NCBI GenBank assembly: GCA_965249135.1 | Contig: OZ252220.1 | Location: 518,056 to 582,055, forward strand | Reading direction: 5' to 3' | Source of the DNA: Alphaproteobacteria bacterium | GTDB lineage: Bacteria > Pseudomonadota > Alphaproteobacteria > GCA-2746255 | Length of the DNA stretch: 64,000 bases | Shown here: positions 34,195 to 48,280 of the stretch, piece by piece | How the letters are laid out: the number at the start of each line of letters is the position of its first letter | Numbering within the stretch: position 1 is the first letter of the stretch | Notes under the pieces: generated by a model | Seen by the model: only the letters and a program-made list of their open reading frames with translations | Database searches by the model: none | What the model was told of the DNA's origin: nothing | Position numbers and translations under genes: made by a program

Positions 34195-35663
34195 CCGGCG
34201 AAAAGAGCGGCGGCGGCCACGGCGGCGCCGTTCAGAAGCGGCGCCGGATAGGCAAAGAAGAAAAGCGTCACGGCGGCCGTGCTCCCCAGAATGAGGGTGA
34301 TTTCGCGCCCGATGGGACGGTCGAAGCTTTCGAGGGCGTCTTCGAAATACATGACCCGGACGATCCTTAAATAATAATAGGCGCCGATGACGCTTGCCAG
34401 CATGCCGATGATGGCAAGCGTGTAAAGCTCGGCGTCAATGGCGGCCAGGAACACATAGAGCTTGCCGAAGAACCCTGCCAAGGGGGGAATCCCCGCCATC
34501 GAAAACATGAAGATGGCAAGCGCCAGCGCCATCGCCGGATTCGTCTTCGAAAGCCCGGCCAGATCGGAAATCTCTTCCGTCATGCGCCCCTTCTGGCGCA
34601 TGGAAAGAATGCAGCAGAACGTGCCGACGTTCATGAAGAGGTAGATCGCCATGTAAATCAGGACGCCGCGAATGCCGGCTTCCGTCCCGGCCGCCAGGCC
34701 GACGAACGCATAACCGATATGGCCGATCGAGCTGTAAGCCATCAGCCGCTTGATGTTCGTTTGATTCAAGGCGGCCAGCGCACCCAGCACCATCGAGGCG
34801 ATGGAAATGACGAGGATGATTTGCTGCCACTGAAGGACGAGCTCGCCGAACGGGCCGATGAGCACCCGCAGGAACAAACCGATGGCGGCAATCTTCGGTG
34901 CGACCGAGAAAAAGGCGGTCACGGGCGTCGGTGCGCCCTCGTAGACGTCCGGTGTCCACATATGGAACGGAACCGCGGAAACCTTGAAGGCAAGCCCCGC
35001 CATCAAGAAAACGACGCCGACGATGACGCCGGTCGAAGGTGCCGTCTCGCCGGTGTCGATCAACTGGGCGGCAAGGGAATCGAAATTCGTCGTGCCCGTA
35101 AAGCCGTAGATCATCGAAGCGCCATAGAGGAGCATGCCGGAAGCGAGCGCGCCTAGGACGAAGTATTTGAGTCCCGCCTCCGTCGAACGCAGCGAATCCC
35201 GGCGAATGGCGGCGACAACGTAAAGGGAGAGGCTCTGCAGCTCGAGACCCATATAAAGCGAAATCAAATCGTTCGCAGACAGCATCATCAGCATGCCGAC
35301 GGCCGCAAACAGCACCAGGATCGGGTACTCGAAACGGGCGAACCCTTCCTGCTCGTTATAGGCGTGGGCCATGATCAGCGTTAAGGCCGTGCCAAGCAGG
35401 ACGAGAAGCTTCATGAAGGCCGAGAAACTGTCCGAGACATAAAGGCCGCCGAAGGCCGTCGCCCGCTCGCCAAGGCCGGTCGGCACCATTAGAAGCGCAA
35501 CCACGATCGCCAGCACGGCCGTGATCAGGATGCCGCTGGTCGAGGTTTTCTTCTGAAACACGCCAACCATCAAAAGCACCATCGCCGCCGACACCAGAAA
35601 GAGTTCCGGCAGTGCGAGCAGAAGGTCGGGATCGAGGTCCGAAATCATCATGGAAGCATTCAC
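34191..35663 (-). CDS. nuoN: NADH-quinone oxidoreductase subunit N
   Basis: 490-aa antiporter-like subunit at the end of the nuo operon. Confidence 0.9.
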   Translation of the reverse strand: MNASMMISDLDPDLLLALPELFLVSAAMVLLMVGVFQKKTSTSGILITAVLAIVVALLMVPTGLGERATAFGGLYVSDSFSAFMKLLVLLGTALTLIMAHAYNEQEGFARFEYPILVLFAAVGMLMMLSANDLISLYMGLELQSLSLYVVAAIRRDSLRSTEAGLKYFVLGALASGMLLYGASMIYGFTGTTNFDSLAAQLIDTGETAPSTGVIVGVVFLMAGLAFKVSAVPFHMWTPDVYEGAPTPVTAFFSVAPKIAAIGLFLRVLIGPFGELVLQWQQIILVISIASMVLGALAALNQTNIKRLMAYSSIGHIGYAFVGLAAGTEAGIRGVLIYMAIYLFMNVGTFCCILSMRQKGRMTEEISDLAGLSKTNPAMALALAIFMFSMAGIPPLAGFFGKLYVFLAAIDAELYTLAIIGMLASVIGAYYYLRIVRVMYFEDALESFDRPIGREITLILGSTAAVTLFFFAYPAPLLNGAAVAAAALFAG

Positions 35664-37180
35664 CTTACATGGGTAGCCATCGCCACGTTTTCCGACGCGA
35701 TGCGTGCGAGTTCGTAACGTTCGACCAGGTTACCGACCGATTCGTGCAGCACGTCGAGGAAAGGGATCGGGTAAAGACCGACCCAAAAGACCATCACAAC
35801 CAACGGCGCAAAGACCAGAATCTCACGGGGGCTCAGATCGAACATGTCCTTCAGCGACTCCTTCGTAAGCTCGCCGAAAATGACCCGGCGGTAGAGCCAA
35901 AGCATGTAGGCGGCACCTAAGATGACGCCGGTCGCAGCCAGGAAGGCGACCCAGGTGTTTGCCTGGAAGGCGCCGACCAGCACCAGGAATTCGCCAATGA
36001 AACCGCTCGTTCCCGGCAGCCCGACGGAAGCCATCGTAAACACCATGAAGACGAAGGCGTAGATCGGCATGCGATGGACGAGTCCGCCATAGGTCGCAAT
36101 ATCGCGGCTATGCATCCGGTCATAGACGACGCCCACGCAAAGGAACAACGCCGCCGAAACGAAGCCATGGCTCAACATGATGATGATGGCGCCTTCCACG
36201 CTTTGCGTGTTGCCCGCAAAGATGCCGATCGTGACGAAGCCCATATGGGCGACGGAGGAGTAAGCGATCAGTTTCTTCATGTCTTCCTGGGCAAGGGCGA
36301 CCAGCGAGGTGTAGATGATCGCGATGATGCTGAGCGTGTATATCAACGGCGTGAAATAGACGGACGCCTCCGGCAGCATCGGGAGCGAGAAGCGAAGGAA
36401 CCCGTAGGCCCCCATCTTCAGGAGAACGCCCGCGAGGATGACGGAGCCGGCCGTGGGGGCCTCGACATGGGCGTCCGGAAGCCAGGTATGCACCGGCCAC
36501 ATCGGCACCTTGACGGCAAAGGAAGCAAGGAACGCCAACCACAGCCAATACTGCATCTCGACCGGGATCCGCACGTTCAGCAGGGTCGGGATGTCGAAGG
36601 TGTCGGCGTAGAAGTAGATGGTAAGGATGGCCAGCAACATCAAAACCGAGCCGACGAGCGTGTACAGGAAGAACTTGAACGCCGCATAGACTCGCGCGGA
36701 CCCTCCCCACACGCCGATGATCAGGAACATCGGGATCAGCACGCCTTCGAAGAAGATATAGAAGAGAACGAAGTCCAGCGCGCAGAACATGCCCACCATG
36801 AACGTCTCAAGCACGAGAAAGGAGATCATGTATTCCTTGACGTGCTTCTGGATGGTCTCCCAGCTTGCCAGCACGCAAATCGGCGTCAAAAGCGTCGAAA
36901 GCAGCACGAAGAAGACGGAAATCCCGTCCACGCCCAAGTGGTAGTTGATATCGAAGCCGGGAATCCAGGGCATTTCCTCTTCGAATTGAAACGCCGAGGT
37001 CGTCGTGTCGAAGTTCGTCCAAAGCAGGATGGAAAGCGCAAAAGTAGCAAGCGACGTCCACAGTGCGACGTTGCGGACGTTGCGGTTCTGCACCTCTCCC
37101 TCACCCCGGATCAGCAGGATGAACGCCACACCCACGAGCGGGAGGAAGATGACGAGGCTAAGAAGCGGCCAATCCTGCAT
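35660..37180 (-). CDS. nuoM: NADH-quinone oxidoreductase subunit M
   Basis: 506-aa antiporter-like subunit. Confidence 0.9.
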   Translation of the reverse strand: MQDWPLLSLVIFLPLVGVAFILLIRGEGEVQNRNVRNVALWTSLATFALSILLWTNFDTTTSAFQFEEEMPWIPGFDINYHLGVDGISVFFVLLSTLLTPICVLASWETIQKHVKEYMISFLVLETFMVGMFCALDFVLFYIFFEGVLIPMFLIIGVWGGSARVYAAFKFFLYTLVGSVLMLLAILTIYFYADTFDIPTLLNVRIPVEMQYWLWLAFLASFAVKVPMWPVHTWLPDAHVEAPTAGSVILAGVLLKMGAYGFLRFSLPMLPEASVYFTPLIYTLSIIAIIYTSLVALAQEDMKKLIAYSSVAHMGFVTIGIFAGNTQSVEGAIIIMLSHGFVSAALFLCVGVVYDRMHSRDIATYGGLVHRMPIYAFVFMVFTMASVGLPGTSGFIGEFLVLVGAFQANTWVAFLAATGVILGAAYMLWLYRRVIFGELTKESLKDMFDLSPREILVFAPLVVMVFWVGLYPIPFLDVLHESVGNLVERYELARIASENVAMATHVR

Positions 37181-39111
37181 TAGCCCATCTTCCCGATCAG
37201 ATACCAGGTGATCAGCGCCGCGACGCCGACCAGCATCGCAAAGGCATAGTGATAGACGTAGCCGGTCTGTAAGCGGCTGGCGCGACGCGCCAGATTAAGG
37301 GTGGCCGCCGCCACGCCATCCGGACCGACGCCGTCGATCAGCGCACCGTCGCCCTGTTTCCAGAACCCGCGACCAAGCCACTTCGCCGGGTTCACGAACA
37401 TCCAGTCGTAAAGTTCGTCGAAGTACCACTTGTTGAGTAAGAAGAGGTAAAGCCGCCGCATCTTGTCGGCAAGCAAGCCCGGCAGCGACGGCATAAATAG
37501 GTAGAAGAGATAGGCAACCGCAATTCCGATCGCCCCCATGACGACGGGCAACAGCTTCACCCATTCCGGCACGTGATGCGCATCGAAAATTGCCGAGTGC
37601 GTCGGCAACACGAGAATCGCATCGCGCCAGAAGGCCTCCATCCCATGGCCGACGAAGTATTCGTAGCCGACATAGCCCGCGAAGATCGCGCCGAGCGCCA
37701 GCCCGATCAGCGGCAGCGTTATCACCTTCGGCGACTCGTGGACATGGGCCATGACGTCTGCGTCCGCCCGCGGCTTCCCATGGAACGTCATCAGGATCAG
37801 CCGCCAGGAATAAAACGCGGTAAGCGCCGCAGCCCCCGCCCCCAGCCAGAAGGCGTATTGCCCGACTGCTGTGTGGGCGGCGTAAGCGGATTCGAGGATC
37901 ATGTCCTTCGAGTAATAACCGGCAAAGAAGGGAACGCCGGCAAGCGCCAGACTGCCGATCCACATCAAGGCGTAGGTCAGCGGGATCTTCTTCCACACCC
38001 CGCCCATCTTGCGCATGTCCTGTTCGTTCGAAAATGCGTGAATGACGGAGCCGGCCGCCAGGAACAAAAGCGCCTTGAAGAAGGCGTGGGTCATGAGGTG
38101 GAAGATCGACGCTGCGTAAGCGGAAACGCCGGCGGCAAAGAACATGTAGCCCAACTGGCTGCAGGTCGAATAGGCGATCACGCGCTTGATGTCGTTTTGG
38201 ACGAGGCCGACGGTCGCGGCAAAGAACGCCGTCGAGGCGCCGACGATGGCGACGACGTTAAGGGCGAACGGCGCGTATTCGAAGATCGGCGAAAGGCGGA
38301 CCACCATGAAGACGCCGGCCGTCACCATCGTCGCGGCATGGATGAGGGCGGAGACCGGGGTCGGGCCCTCCATCGCATCCGGCAGCCATGTGTGCAGCCC
38401 CAGCTGCGCGGATTTTCCCATGGCGCCGATAAACAGCAGCAGGCAAAGCACGGTGAGCGCATCGAAGTCGGCGCCCAGGAAATGAAGCAGCGTGCCGGCC
38501 TTGTCCGGCGCATCGGCAAAGATGACGTCCAGAAGCAGCGAATCGAAAAGGAAGAAAATGCCGAAAATGCCTAGACCGAAGCCGAAGTCGCCGACCCGGT
38601 TCACGAGAAAGGCCTTGATCGCGGCGGCGTTGGCGGCAGGCCGGTCGTACCAGAAACCGATCAAGAGATAGGAGGCAAGGCCCACCCCTTCCCAGCCGAA
38701 ATAAAGCTGCACGAGATCGTTTGCCGAGACCAGCATCAGCATGAAGAAGGTGAACAGACTTAAATAAGACATGAAGCGGGGAACGGATGGGTCGCCCTGC
38801 ATGTAACCGATCGAATAGATGTGCACCATCGCCGAGACGACGTTCACGACGAGCACCATCACCGCCGTCAACGTATCGAATTTCAGCGCCCAGGCGACCT
38901 CGACCGCGCCGGATTCGATCCATGAAAAAACCTGGATGGTCTGCCCGTGGCCCTCGATGGCGACTTCCAGAAAGACCGGAATCGAAAGAACCGCCGCCAG
39001 CACCATGGCGCCGCAGGTCACCAACTGCGCCCCCCGATCGCCCAGCCAACGGCCGAACAAACCGGCGAGGATGGCGGCGACTAACGGAAGGAAGATGACG
39101 GCAGAATACAT
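37180..39111 (-). CDS. nuoL: NADH-quinone oxidoreductase subunit L
   Basis: 643-aa antiporter-like subunit with a long horizontal helix. Confidence 0.9.
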   Translation of the reverse strand: MYSAVIFLPLVAAILAGLFGRWLGDRGAQLVTCGAMVLAAVLSIPVFLEVAIEGHGQTIQVFSWIESGAVEVAWALKFDTLTAVMVLVVNVVSAMVHIYSIGYMQGDPSVPRFMSYLSLFTFFMLMLVSANDLVQLYFGWEGVGLASYLLIGFWYDRPAANAAAIKAFLVNRVGDFGFGLGIFGIFFLFDSLLLDVIFADAPDKAGTLLHFLGADFDALTVLCLLLFIGAMGKSAQLGLHTWLPDAMEGPTPVSALIHAATMVTAGVFMVVRLSPIFEYAPFALNVVAIVGASTAFFAATVGLVQNDIKRVIAYSTCSQLGYMFFAAGVSAYAASIFHLMTHAFFKALLFLAAGSVIHAFSNEQDMRKMGGVWKKIPLTYALMWIGSLALAGVPFFAGYYSKDMILESAYAAHTAVGQYAFWLGAGAAALTAFYSWRLILMTFHGKPRADADVMAHVHESPKVITLPLIGLALGAIFAGYVGYEYFVGHGMEAFWRDAILVLPTHSAIFDAHHVPEWVKLLPVVMGAIGIAVAYLFYLFMPSLPGLLADKMRRLYLFLLNKWYFDELYDWMFVNPAKWLGRGFWKQGDGALIDGVGPDGVAAATLNLARRASRLQTGYVYHYAFAMLVGVAALITWYLIGKMG

Positions 39112-39118
39112 GGCGCGC

Positions 39119-39430
39119 TCAACCCTTCATCAGGTTGACGTCTTCGACCGCGATCGACCCGCGGTTACGGAAATAAACGACGATGATGGCGAGTCCCACC
39201 GCGGCCTCTGCGGCCGCCACCGTCAACACGAACATCGCGAAGACCTGGCCCACCATGTCCTGCAGGTGCGCCGAGAACGAAACCAGGTTGATGTTCACCG
39301 CAAGCAGCATCAACTCGATCGACATCAGGATGATGATGACGTTCTTGCGGTTGAGAAAGATGCCGAGGACGCCCAGCGTAAACAGGATCGCGGCAACCGT
39401 TAGGTAGTGGGCAAGCCCGATCGTCAGCAT
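39119..39430 (-). CDS. nuoK: NADH-quinone oxidoreductase subunit K
   Basis: 103-aa protein with 3 transmembrane segments. Confidence 0.9.
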   Translation of the reverse strand: MLTIGLAHYLTVAAILFTLGVLGIFLNRKNVIIILMSIELMLLAVNINLVSFSAHLQDMVGQVFAMFVLTVAAAEAAVGLAIIVVYFRNRGSIAVEDVNLMKG

Positions 39431-40038
39431 CAGACCCCGCTTCCCGGCGTTACTTTACGAATCGCAACGGCCTCTTCCCGCTTCCGTCCGATCTGATTGC
39501 CGGGCCGCTGTTTCCGAACGTCGGGGCGGACACGCAAGGTGAGCACGATGGCGCCGATCATCGCCACCAGCAGGATGATGCCGGCCGTCTGGAAGAGATA
39601 GATGTACCGCGTATAAAGGATATCGCCCAGCGCTTCCGTGTTCGTTCGATCGCCGATCTCAGGCGTCGGCATGGCACCGCTCATCTCCGGCCCGAAGGCC
39701 CAGGTGCCGCCGACCAGCACGAGTTCCGCCAACAGCACGAGGCCGATCAGGGCGCCTACGGGCAGGTATTGCAAGAAGCCCTGTCGAAGCTCGACAAAAT
39801 TGATATTGAGCATCATGACGACGAACAGGAACAGGACGGCGATCGCGCCGACATAGACGACGATCAGGATCATCGCCAGAAACTCCGCGCCCAAGAGCAC
39901 GAAAAGAGCGGCCCCATTGAAGAAGGCAAGGATCAGGAACAGCACGGAATGAACCGGGTTGCGGGCGGCAATCACCATCACGCCGCCGGCCACCGCCACG
40001 GCAGAAAATGCATAAAAAGCAAGGGCTTGAAGGATCAT
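39430..40038 (-). CDS. nuoJ: NADH-quinone oxidoreductase subunit J
   Basis: 202-aa membrane subunit in operon position. Confidence 0.9.
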   Translation of the reverse strand: MILQALAFYAFSAVAVAGGVMVIAARNPVHSVLFLILAFFNGAALFVLLGAEFLAMILIVVYVGAIAVLFLFVVMMLNINFVELRQGFLQYLPVGALIGLVLLAELVLVGGTWAFGPEMSGAMPTPEIGDRTNTEALGDILYTRYIYLFQTAGIILLVAMIGAIVLTLRVRPDVRKQRPGNQIGRKREEAVAIRKVTPGSGV

Positions 40039-40054
40039 CTGCGTTCCGTTCTTC

Positions 40055-40543
40055 CTAGCGATACGGCGCGTCCGCGATCAGGCGCGCAGCCAGCTGGTCC
40101 TCCCAGCGATCTCCGTTCGCCATCAGTTTTTCCTTGTCGTAGAGAAGTTCGGCATGGGTCTCGGTGGCAAATTCATAGTTCGGCCCCTCGACGATTGCGT
40201 CCACCGGACAAGCCGCTTCGCAAAGTCCGCAATAGATGCATTTCGTCATGTCGATGTCGTAGCGCGTCGTCCGACGGCTTCCATCTTCACGGGGTTCGGC
40301 CTCGATCGTGATCGCCAGGGCGGGACAGATCGCTTCGCAAAGCTTGCACGCGATGCAACGCTCCTCGCCGTTCGGGTAACGACGCAGCGCATGTTCACCG
40401 CGAAAGCGTGGCGAAAGCGGACCTTTCTCGTAAGGATAGTTGATCGTTACCTTTCGCCGGAACATATAGCGAAGTGTCAGGCCAAGGCCTGCGAGAAGCT
40501 CGCCTAGGAATAAAGCGCGCGCCGCCTTATCGAGCATGGCCAT
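40055..40543 (-). CDS. nuoI: NADH-quinone oxidoreductase subunit I
   Basis: Two 4Fe-4S ferredoxin motifs ([12 protein letters not shown] and [12 protein letters not shown]). Confidence 0.95.
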   Translation of the reverse strand: MAMLDKAARALFLGELLAGLGLTLRYMFRRKVTINYPYEKGPLSPRFRGEHALRRYPNGEERCIACKLCEAICPALAITIEAEPREDGSRRTTRYDIDMTKCIYCGLCEAACPVDAIVEGPNYEFATETHAELLYDKEKLMANGDRWEDQLAARLIADAPYR

Positions 40544-40558
40544 GATCCATCCTCCGGT

Positions 40559-41569
40559 TTAGTTCGGCACCCAGCCGAACGCCTGCAGAACGCCAGCCGT
40601 CACGACGACCCAGAGAAGCGAAAAAGGAAGAAAAACCTTCCAGCCCAGTCGCATGAGTTGATCGTAGCGATAACGTGGGAAGGTCGCGCGAACCCACAGG
40701 AAACAGAAAAGAACGAAGCTGAGTTTGAGAACAAACCAGATCGGTCCCGGAATCCAATTGAAAGGCGCCGCATCAACCGGTGGCAACCAGCCGCCCAGGA
40801 ACAGCACCGTCGTCATCCCGCTCATCAAGATCATGTTCGCGTACTCACCAAGGAAGAAGAGCGCGAACGCCATCGCTGAATATTCGACGTTGTACCCTGA
40901 CACCAACTCGGATTCCGCCTCCGGTAGATCGAAGGGAGCGCGGTTCGTTTCCGCCAGCGCGGAAATGAAAAAGATGACGAACATCGGCAGAAGCGGCAGC
41001 ACAAACCAGACGTTCTTTTGCGCAAGCACGATTTCAGAAAGGTTCAGCGAGCCGGCACAAAGCAGCACCGTAACCAGCACGAAGCCGATCGAAACTTCGT
41101 AAGAAACCATTTGCGCCGCCGAACGCAGCGCGCCCAGAAAGGCGTATTTCGAATTGCTCGCCCAGCCGGCCATGATGACCCCGTAAACGCCAAGGGACGA
41201 AATCGCGAATAGGTACAGGATCCCGACATTGATGTTGGAAAGCACGATCCCCTCACCGAAGGGGATCACCGCCCAGGCAACCAGGCTTAGAAGGAAAGTC
41301 AGCATGGGCGCCAATAGGAAGACCACCTTGTTCGCCCGGCTGGGCAGGATGGTTTCCTTGACCAGCAGCTTCAGGCCATCCGCGATCGGTTGCAGAAGCC
41401 CGAAGGGCCCAACGACGTTCGGGCCTTTTCGAAGCTGCATCGCGGCAATGACCTTGCGCTCCGCGTAGGTGAGATAGGCGACCGCCACCAGCAGCGGGAC
41501 GATGATGGCGACGATCTGGGCGACGATGATCGTGCCCGGCCAGAGATAGTCGCTCCACAGTTCAACCAT
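40559..41569 (-). CDS. nuoH: NADH-quinone oxidoreductase subunit H
   Basis: 336-aa ND1 homologue. Confidence 0.95.
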   Translation of the reverse strand: MVELWSDYLWPGTIIVAQIVAIIVPLLVAVAYLTYAERKVIAAMQLRKGPNVVGPFGLLQPIADGLKLLVKETILPSRANKVVFLLAPMLTFLLSLVAWAVIPFGEGIVLSNINVGILYLFAISSLGVYGVIMAGWASNSKYAFLGALRSAAQMVSYEVSIGFVLVTVLLCAGSLNLSEIVLAQKNVWFVLPLLPMFVIFFISALAETNRAPFDLPEAESELVSGYNVEYSAMAFALFFLGEYANMILMSGMTTVLFLGGWLPPVDAAPFNWIPGPIWFVLKLSFVLFCFLWVRATFPRYRYDQLMRLGWKVFLPFSLLWVVVTAGVLQAFGWVPN

Positions 41570-43625
41570 CGGTGCCGGTTTTTCCTTTAAGGGGTTGAAC
41601 GAAGGCCTCCGTACAGGCGGCCATGGTGGGCGAGACGCGGCTGATGGGATCCGTCATGTAGAAGTTGGCGATCGGATAGACGAGGCTCGCGTCCTTCACC
41701 GCACCGGACGCGCCGAATTTGCCCCAGGGGGCGCGTTCGACGACGTCTTCCGTCGCAAAATGTGCATTGACGCTGGTCAAACGTTCGCGGACCTGGGCCA
41801 AGCTGTCATAGGGAAGCGTCTTGCCGAGAGCGGCGGAAAGGGCGCGCAGGATCGCCCAGTCTTCCCGCGCATCCCCCGGCGGGAAAACCGCAAGGTTCGT
41901 CCGTTGTACGCGGCCTTCCAGGTTCACATAGGTGGCGTTCTTTTCCGTATAGGCGGCCCCTGGCAGAATGACGTCGGCGCGGTTGGCGCCCGCATCCCCG
42001 TGATGGCCCTGATAGATGACGAAGGCGCTTCCCAGCCGGCCCATGTCGATTTCATCGGCGCCAAGCAGGTAGACCATTTCGATCTCGCCCTTGCCAGCCC
42101 CTTCGAGGATGGCGTTCGCGTCACGGCCCCCCTTCCCCGGCGCAAAACCAAGATCGAGCCCGCCGACGCGCGAGGCGGCAAGGATAAGCACGTTAAAGCC
42201 ATTCCATTCCTTGCTCACCATGCCGGCCGCCTCGGCAAGCCCGCGGGCCAGACCCAAGATCGCCGCCCCGTCGGCCCGCGCAAGCGCGCCCTCGCCCAGG
42301 ATCAGCATCGCGCGTTCGGCTTTTTGCAACACGTCCGCAAAGGCATGCTTACCGGAGACCAAGTCTTGCAACACCTTGGGCGAGTTGCCCAACGCCTCAA
42401 CCGGATAGGTAAGGTCAAGCGCAGGCCCGATGGCGGCGATCTGAAAGCCGCCCATCCGATGACGCTTGCGAAGCCGCGTGTTCACCAGCGCCGCTTCCCA
42501 GCGCGGATTCGTGCCGATGAGAAGGCAGGCATCCGCCGCCTCGATGCCGGCGATCGTCGTGTTGAAGCGATAGCTCGAAGGCTGCTCCGGATCCACCGCA
42601 GCACCCCCTTGCCGGCAATCGAGATGGGGCGTGCCCAAGCCCGTCATCAGGTCTTTCAGCGCCACCATCGATTCGCAATCCGCAAGATCGCCGGCAATCG
42701 CGGCGATTGCGCCTTCGGAAAGCCCCTTCAGCCGGCTCGCGATGGCGGCAAACGCCGCCTCCCAGGTGGCAGGCTCGAGCTTGCCGTTGCGCCGGACGTA
42801 AGGTTGATCCAGGCGTTGGTGTTTCAGCCCGTCGCAGGCGTGCCGCGTCTTGTCGTTGATCCACTCTTCGTTTACGTCCTCGTTCAGCCTGGGCAGGATG
42901 CGCATGACCTCCTTGCCGCGGGCATCGACGCGGATCGCACTTCCCACTGCATCGAGGACGTCGATCGATTCGGTCTTGCAAAGCTCCCACGAGCGCGCCG
43001 TAAAGGCATAGGGCTTCGAAGTCAGCGCGCCGACCGGGCAAAGATCGACAAGATTGCCCGAGACTTCCGTATTCACCGTCTGTTCGACATAGGTGTCGAT
43101 TTCCATGTCCTCGCCGCGTCCCGTAGCCCCAAGCACGTAAACGCCTGCGATTTCCTCGGCGAAACGGATGCAGCGCGTACAATGGATGCAGCGCGTCATG
43201 ATTGTCTTAATGAGGGGGCCAAGCTCCTTGTCCTCGACCGCCCGCTTGTTTTCTTCGAAACGGCTGCGATCGAATCCATAGGCCATCGCCTGGTCCTGCA
43301 GATCGCACTCGCCACCTTGGTCGCAGATCGGGCAATCCAGCGGGTGGTTGATGAGAAGGAACTCCATGACGCCTTTGCGCGCCTTCTCGACCATCGGCGT
43401 GTTCGTATGAATCACCATGCCCTCGGCGACCGGCATCGCGCAGGACGCAATCGGCTTTGGCGAACGTTCCATCTCGACGAGGCACATCCGGCAGTTGCCG
43501 GCGATCGAGAGCCGCTCGTGGTAGCAGAAGTGCGGAATTTCTATTCCCGCCTCCTCGCAGGCCTGAAGGACCGTAATCCCTGGCTCGACCTCGATTTCCT
43601 GGCCGTTGATCGTCATCTTCGGCAT
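41562..43625 (-). CDS. nuoG: NADH-quinone oxidoreductase subunit G
   Basis: 687-aa protein with an N-terminal 2Fe-2S domain, 4Fe-4S cysteine clusters and a molybdopterin-like domain. Confidence 0.95.
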   Translation of the reverse strand: MPKMTINGQEIEVEPGITVLQACEEAGIEIPHFCYHERLSIAGNCRMCLVEMERSPKPIASCAMPVAEGMVIHTNTPMVEKARKGVMEFLLINHPLDCPICDQGGECDLQDQAMAYGFDRSRFEENKRAVEDKELGPLIKTIMTRCIHCTRCIRFAEEIAGVYVLGATGRGEDMEIDTYVEQTVNTEVSGNLVDLCPVGALTSKPYAFTARSWELCKTESIDVLDAVGSAIRVDARGKEVMRILPRLNEDVNEEWINDKTRHACDGLKHQRLDQPYVRRNGKLEPATWEAAFAAIASRLKGLSEGAIAAIAGDLADCESMVALKDLMTGLGTPHLDCRQGGAAVDPEQPSSYRFNTTIAGIEAADACLLIGTNPRWEAALVNTRLRKRHRMGGFQIAAIGPALDLTYPVEALGNSPKVLQDLVSGKHAFADVLQKAERAMLILGEGALARADGAAILGLARGLAEAAGMVSKEWNGFNVLILAASRVGGLDLGFAPGKGGRDANAILEGAGKGEIEMVYLLGADEIDMGRLGSAFVIYQGHHGDAGANRADVILPGAAYTEKNATYVNLEGRVQRTNLAVFPPGDAREDWAILRALSAALGKTLPYDSLAQVRERLTSVNAHFATEDVVERAPWGKFGASGAVKDASLVYPIANFYMTDPISRVSPTMAACTEAFVQPLKGKTGTDG

Positions 43626-43635
43626 GGTGGTTCCT

Positions 43636-44925
43636 TTACGCGGCCTCCGTGTCGCCGCTTACTTGACGCTTGAGGATTCGGCGTTCGAGTTCGGGCCGGA
43701 AATGGCGGATCAGACCCTGGATCGGCCAAGCCGCGGCATCGCCGAGCGCGCAGATCGTGTGCCCTTCGACCTCGTAGGTCACCTCTTCCAGCATGTCGAT
43801 CTCGTCGACATGGGCCTCGCCTTTGACGAGGCGTTCCATGACACGCCACATCCACCCGGTGCCCTCGCGGCATGGCGTGCACTGGCCGCAGCTTTCGTGC
43901 TTGTAGAACTGCGCGAGCCTGGCGATTGCCTTCACGATGTCCGTCGATTTGTCCATCACGATGACGGCCGCCGTGCCAAGCCCCGACTTCACCTCTTGCA
44001 GGCTGTCAAAATCCATCAGCACGGTGTCGCAGATCGACTTCGGAATGACCGGCACAGAAGACCCGCCCGGAATGACCGCAAGCAGGTTGTCCCAGCCCCC
44101 TCGGACGCCGCCCGCATGGGTTTCGATGAGCTCGCGAAGGGGGATCCCCATCGCCTCCTCGACGAGACAAGGTTCGTTCACGTGGCCGGAGATGCAGAAG
44201 AGCTTCGTGCCGGTGTTGTTCTCTCGGCCGATGCCGGCGAACCATTCGGGGCCACGCCTTAAGATTTCGGGTGCTACGGCAATCGTCTCGACGTTGTTCA
44301 CGGTGGTCGGGCAACCATAAAGCCCGGCATTCGCCGGGAATGGAGGCTTCAGGCGCGGCTGGCCTTTCTTGCCCTCGAGGCTTTCCAGAAGCCCCGTCTC
44401 CTCGCCGCAGATGTAGGCGCCAGAGCCGCGGTGGAGGTAAATGTCGAAATCCCAACCGGACTTGCAGGCGTTCGGGCCGATGAGGCCCGCCTCATAGGCC
44501 TCCTCGATGGCGGTCTGCAGGCGTTCCGCCTCGCGAAAGAATTCGCCGCGAATGTAGATGTAGCAGGCATGTGCCGCCATCGCGAAGCCGGCCACCAGGC
44601 AGCCTTCCAAAAGCTTGTGCGGATCGTTCCGCATGATGTCGCGGTCCTTGCAGGTGCCAGGCTCGCTTTCGTCGGCATTGACGACGAGATAGTGCGGCTT
44701 CGCGCCCACCTCCTTCGGCATGAAGGACCATTTTAGGCCGGCGCCGAAGCCGGCGCCGCCACGGCCGCGAAGGCCCGAGTCCTTCACGGCCTCGATGATC
44801 CCATCGCGGCCTTTCTCCAGCAGCGTCTTCGTGTTCTGCCAGTCGCCGCGCGCAAGCGCACCCTTAAGGCCCGGATCTTCCTGGCCGTAAAGATTCGTAA
44901 AGATCCGGTCTTTATCGCGAAGCAT
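43636..44925 (-). CDS. nuoF: NADH-quinone oxidoreductase subunit F
   Basis: FMN/NADH-binding motifs and the [10 protein letters not shown] 4Fe-4S motif. The start is at [12 protein letters not shown], abutting nuoE. Confidence 0.95.
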   Translation of the reverse strand: MLRDKDRIFTNLYGQEDPGLKGALARGDWQNTKTLLEKGRDGIIEAVKDSGLRGRGGAGFGAGLKWSFMPKEVGAKPHYLVVNADESEPGTCKDRDIMRNDPHKLLEGCLVAGFAMAAHACYIYIRGEFFREAERLQTAIEEAYEAGLIGPNACKSGWDFDIYLHRGSGAYICGEETGLLESLEGKKGQPRLKPPFPANAGLYGCPTTVNNVETIAVAPEILRRGPEWFAGIGRENNTGTKLFCISGHVNEPCLVEEAMGIPLRELIETHAGGVRGGWDNLLAVIPGGSSVPVIPKSICDTVLMDFDSLQEVKSGLGTAAVIVMDKSTDIVKAIARLAQFYKHESCGQCTPCREGTGWMWRVMERLVKGEAHVDEIDMLEEVTYEVEGHTICALGDAAAWPIQGLIRHFRPELERRILKRQVSGDTEAA

Positions 44926-45548
44926 CAGGTTTTTCCTTTCCCGGACGCGAGTGCAAGCAGCGTCTTTGGACCCGATTGGGGCGCACCGCACAGCCGTCCG
45001 GCCAGGGAGCCGGACCTTGGCTTCTCGCCGCGGCGCAAGGCCTCAAGAAGTGTCTTCGTGGAATCGAAATCCAGGTCTTCGTAATAGTCGTCGTTGATCT
45101 GGATCATCGGTGCGTTCACGCAGGCACCGAGGCATTCGACTTCCGTGACGGTGAATTTCCCATCCTGTGTCGTCTCACCGGGGCCGATCCCAACCGTTTC
45201 CTTTACGGCACGGATTACCTCGTCCGAACCGCGCAGCCAGCAGGGCGTCGTCGTGCAGATCTGCACGAAATGTTCACCGACGGGCTTCAGGTTGAACATC
45301 GTGTAGAAGGTGGCGACCTCGTAGACGCGGATCGGTGGCATGGAAAGCACGCCCGCCACGTGATCCATCGCGGCGCGCGGCAGCCAACCACCGCATTCGC
45401 GCTGGGCAAGGTCGAGCAAGGGCAGCACCGCGCTTGCCTGGCGCCCTTCCGGGTACTTGGCGATGATCGTTTCGATCCTGGCCTGGTTCTCGGCCGAGAA
45501 GGTGAAACTGTCCAGTCCCGCGGCTGCCTTTTTCGAAGGCCCGCTCAT
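44925..45548 (-). CDS. nuoE: NADH-quinone oxidoreductase subunit E
   Basis: Thioredoxin-like 2Fe-2S motifs ([10 protein letters not shown]...CLGACVNAP) are present. The start is at MSGPSKK (cat at 45546-45548), and the ORF-track N-extension overlaps nuoD. Confidence 0.9.
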   Translation of the reverse strand: MSGPSKKAAAGLDSFTFSAENQARIETIIAKYPEGRQASAVLPLLDLAQRECGGWLPRAAMDHVAGVLSMPPIRVYEVATFYTMFNLKPVGEHFVQICTTTPCWLRGSDEVIRAVKETVGIGPGETTQDGKFTVTEVECLGACVNAPMIQINDDYYEDLDFDSTKTLLEALRRGEKPRSGSLAGRLCGAPQSGPKTLLALASGKGKT

Positions 45549-46726
45549 CGGTCCACCTCGCCGAAAACGATGTCGAGGCTGCCGATGATCGCGCTTACAT
45601 CGGCCAGCATGTGCCCCCTGCTCATCATGTCGAGGCCCTGCAGATGGGCAAACCCAGGGGCGCGTATCTTGCAGCGATAGGGCTGGTTCGTGCCGTCCGC
45701 GACGAGGTAGACTCCGAACTCGCCTTTCGGTGCCTCGACGACGGTGTAGGTTTCGCCGGCCGGCACGTGGTAGCCCTCGGTGTAGAGCTTGAAGTGATGG
45801 ATGAGCGCCTCCATCGAACGCTTCATCTCGGAGCGTGACGGCGGGTTGATCTTCGCGTTCGTATCGTGGACCGGCCCTTCCGGCATTTGCTCGAGGCATT
45901 GCCGCATGATGCGCAGGCTTTGCCGTACTTCCTCGACGCGCACCAGGTAGCGGCTGTAGCAATCGCCGCCTAAGCCCACGGGCACGTCGAAATCCATGTC
46001 GGCATAAACGTCATAGGGCTGCGCCTTGCGAAGGTCCCAGGCGACGTTCGATGCACGCAGTATCGGCCCCGTAAAACCCCAGTCCAGCGCCTGCTCCGCC
46101 GTCACGATCCCGATGTCGACCGTGCGCTGTTTGAAGATGCGGTTTTCCGTCAGCAGCGACTCGATATCGTCGAGGACCTTGGGAAAGCGCTCCATAAACG
46201 CGTAAATGTCCTCATCCAGGCCGATCGGCATGTCGCGCTCGACGCCGCCGGGCCGGAAATAGGCGGCATGGAGCCGTGCACCGGAAACGCGCTCATAGAA
46301 CTCCATCAGAATCTCGCGCTCTTCGAAGGCCCACAGGAACGGTGTCATCGCACCGACGTCGAGCGCAAAGGCGGTCACGTTCAGCAGGTGATTCAAGATG
46401 CGCGAGATCTCGGCGAACAGCACGCGGATGTACTGGCCGCGGATCGGCGCCTCGATCTCAAGCAGCTTCTCGACCGCCAGCGCGAAGGCATGTTCCTGGG
46501 ACATGGGCGCGACGTAATCGAGGCGATCGAAATACGGCACGGCCTGCAAATAGGTTTTGTATTCGATGAGCTTTTCCGTTCCCCGGTGCAAAAGCCCGAT
46601 GTGGGGGTCCGCCCGGTCGACGATCTCGCCATCGAGCTCGAGCACGAGGCGAAGGACGCCGTGCGCGGCTGGATGCTGCGGTCCGAAATTGATCGTGTAG
46701 TTCTGAATCCGCGCTTCTGCCATCAC
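45545..46726 (-). CDS. nuoD: NADH-quinone oxidoreductase subunit D
   Basis: 393-aa 49-kDa subunit. Confidence 0.95.
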   Translation of the reverse strand: MMAEARIQNYTINFGPQHPAAHGVLRLVLELDGEIVDRADPHIGLLHRGTEKLIEYKTYLQAVPYFDRLDYVAPMSQEHAFALAVEKLLEIEAPIRGQYIRVLFAEISRILNHLLNVTAFALDVGAMTPFLWAFEEREILMEFYERVSGARLHAAYFRPGGVERDMPIGLDEDIYAFMERFPKVLDDIESLLTENRIFKQRTVDIGIVTAEQALDWGFTGPILRASNVAWDLRKAQPYDVYADMDFDVPVGLGGDCYSRYLVRVEEVRQSLRIMRQCLEQMPEGPVHDTNAKINPPSRSEMKRSMEALIHHFKLYTEGYHVPAGETYTVVEAPKGEFGVYLVADGTNQPYRCKIRAPGFAHLQGLDMMSRGHMLADVSAIIGSLDIVFGEVDR

Positions 46727-47346
46727 TCGCCCTTCTTGCCGGCTTCCGGGTCTGCCTTCTCATCGCCGGGCAGTAGAATTTCGGTGCCTTCCCACGGGGA
46801 CATGAAATCGAAGGTGCGAAATTCCTGGGTCAGTTTGACGGGTTCATAAACGACGCGTTTCTGATCCTCGTCGTAGCGCAACTCGACGAAGCCGGTGAGC
46901 GGGAAGTCCTTGCGCAGCGGGTGGCCTTCGAATCCATAGTCCGTGAGGATCCGGCGCAGGTCTGGATGACCGGAAAAGAAGATGCCGTAGAGGTCCCAGG
47001 CCTCCCGTTCCCACCAGTTGGCCGAATGGAACACATCGACGACGGAGGGAACGGGCTCTTCCTCTCCTACCGCGGCCTTCACGCGAATGCGCTGGTTTTG
47101 CGAGAGACTGAGCAGGTTGTAGACCACCTCGAAACGCTTCTCGCGTTCCGGATAGTCGACGCCGCAAAGGTCGACCAGCTGCTTGAACTGGCAGTTCGCG
47201 TCGTCCCGAAGGAAGGTCAGGACCTTCACGATCGATGACGGTGCCGCGGTCAGCACGAGCTCGTGATGGGCGATGGTCACTTCAACGATATCCTCAGGTA
47301 ACGCAGCCTGAATGGTCTCGCCAAGTTCTTTGAGTGCCTCGTCCAT
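46723..47346 (-). CDS. nuoC: NADH-quinone oxidoreductase subunit C
   Basis: 207-aa 30-kDa subunit. Confidence 0.9.
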   Translation of the reverse strand: MDEALKELGETIQAALPEDIVEVTIAHHELVLTAAPSSIVKVLTFLRDDANCQFKQLVDLCGVDYPEREKRFEVVYNLLSLSQNQRIRVKAAVGEEEPVPSVVDVFHSANWWEREAWDLYGIFFSGHPDLRRILTDYGFEGHPLRKDFPLTGFVELRYDEDQKRVVYEPVKLTQEFRTFDFMSPWEGTEILLPGDEKADPEAGKKGE

Positions 47347-47366
47347 GTCTGACAGATGCGTCCCGA

Positions 47367-47924
47367 TTAGCGAGCGATGGTTCCGGTCCGACGGATCTTC
47401 TTCTGAAGCTGCAGCACGCCGTAAAGCAGCGCTTCCGCCGTCGGTGGACAGCCCGGAACGTAAATGTCGACCGGTACGATTCGATCGCAGCCGCGAACGA
47501 CGGAATAGGAATAATGGTAGTAGCCGCCGCCATTAGCACAGGACCCCATCGAGATGACCCAGCGCGGCTCCGCCATCTGGTCGTAAACCTTGCGAAGTGC
47601 CGGCGCCATCTTGTTGACGAGGGTACCGGCCACGATCATGACGTCCGATTGACGTGGGCTCGGCCGGAAGACGACGCCGAAGCGGTCGAGGTCATAACGG
47701 CTGCAGGCGCTATGCATCATTTCGACCGCACAGCAGGCGAGCCCGAATGTCATGGGCCAGAGAGAGCCCGCACGCGCCCAATTAAAAAGCTTATCGGCTT
47801 GGGCAATGACGAAACCGCGATCGTCGAGTTCCTGGGTGGCGCGCTTCAGGATTCCATCCTGTTCCGCCCCCGGCGGAACGGAGCGCGCGAAGAGATCCGC
47901 CGGATCGCTGGTGCTCATTCCCAT
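47367..47924 (-). CDS. nuoB: NADH-quinone oxidoreductase subunit B
   Basis: The [11 protein letters not shown]...[10 protein letters not shown] iron-sulfur motif identifies NuoB. The start is approximate, and the ORF-track extension overlaps nuoA. Confidence 0.9.
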   Translation of the reverse strand: MGMSTSDPADLFARSVPPGAEQDGILKRATQELDDRGFVIAQADKLFNWARAGSLWPMTFGLACCAVEMMHSACSRYDLDRFGVVFRPSPRQSDVMIVAGTLVNKMAPALRKVYDQMAEPRWVISMGSCANGGGYYHYSYSVVRGCDRIVPVDIYVPGCPPTAEALLYGVLQLQKKIRRTGTIAR

Positions 47925-48280
47925 TCCAAACCACCCTTCCGCCATTCGTAAATGAAGCCTACGGTCAGGATGCCGAGGAAGATCATCATCGACCAGAAAC
48001 CGAACGCGCCGATCTTCCCAAGACTCACCGCCCACGGAAAGAGGAATGCCACCTCAAGGTCGAAGATGATGAAAAGAATGGCGACAAGGTAGAAACGGAC
48101 GTCGAATTTATCGCGTGCGTCTTCGAAGGGCGCAAAGCCGCACTCATAGGCCGAAAGTTTCTCCGAATCTGGATGCTGGGAGGCAAGAACGTAGGAAGCA
48201 AGCAGTGCAACCGCCGCGATCCCCCCGGCAATGCCGAGGAACAACAGGATGGGAAGGTACTCTTGAAGCAATGCTTCCAT
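47915..48280 (-). CDS. nuoA: NADH-quinone oxidoreductase subunit A
   Basis: 121-aa ND3 homologue and the first gene of the operon. Confidence 0.9.
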   Translation of the reverse strand: MEALLQEYLPILLFLGIAGGIAAVALLASYVLASQHPDSEKLSAYECGFAPFEDARDKFDVRFYLVAILFIIFDLEVAFLFPWAVSLGKIGAFGFWSMMIFLGILTVGFIYEWRKGGLEWE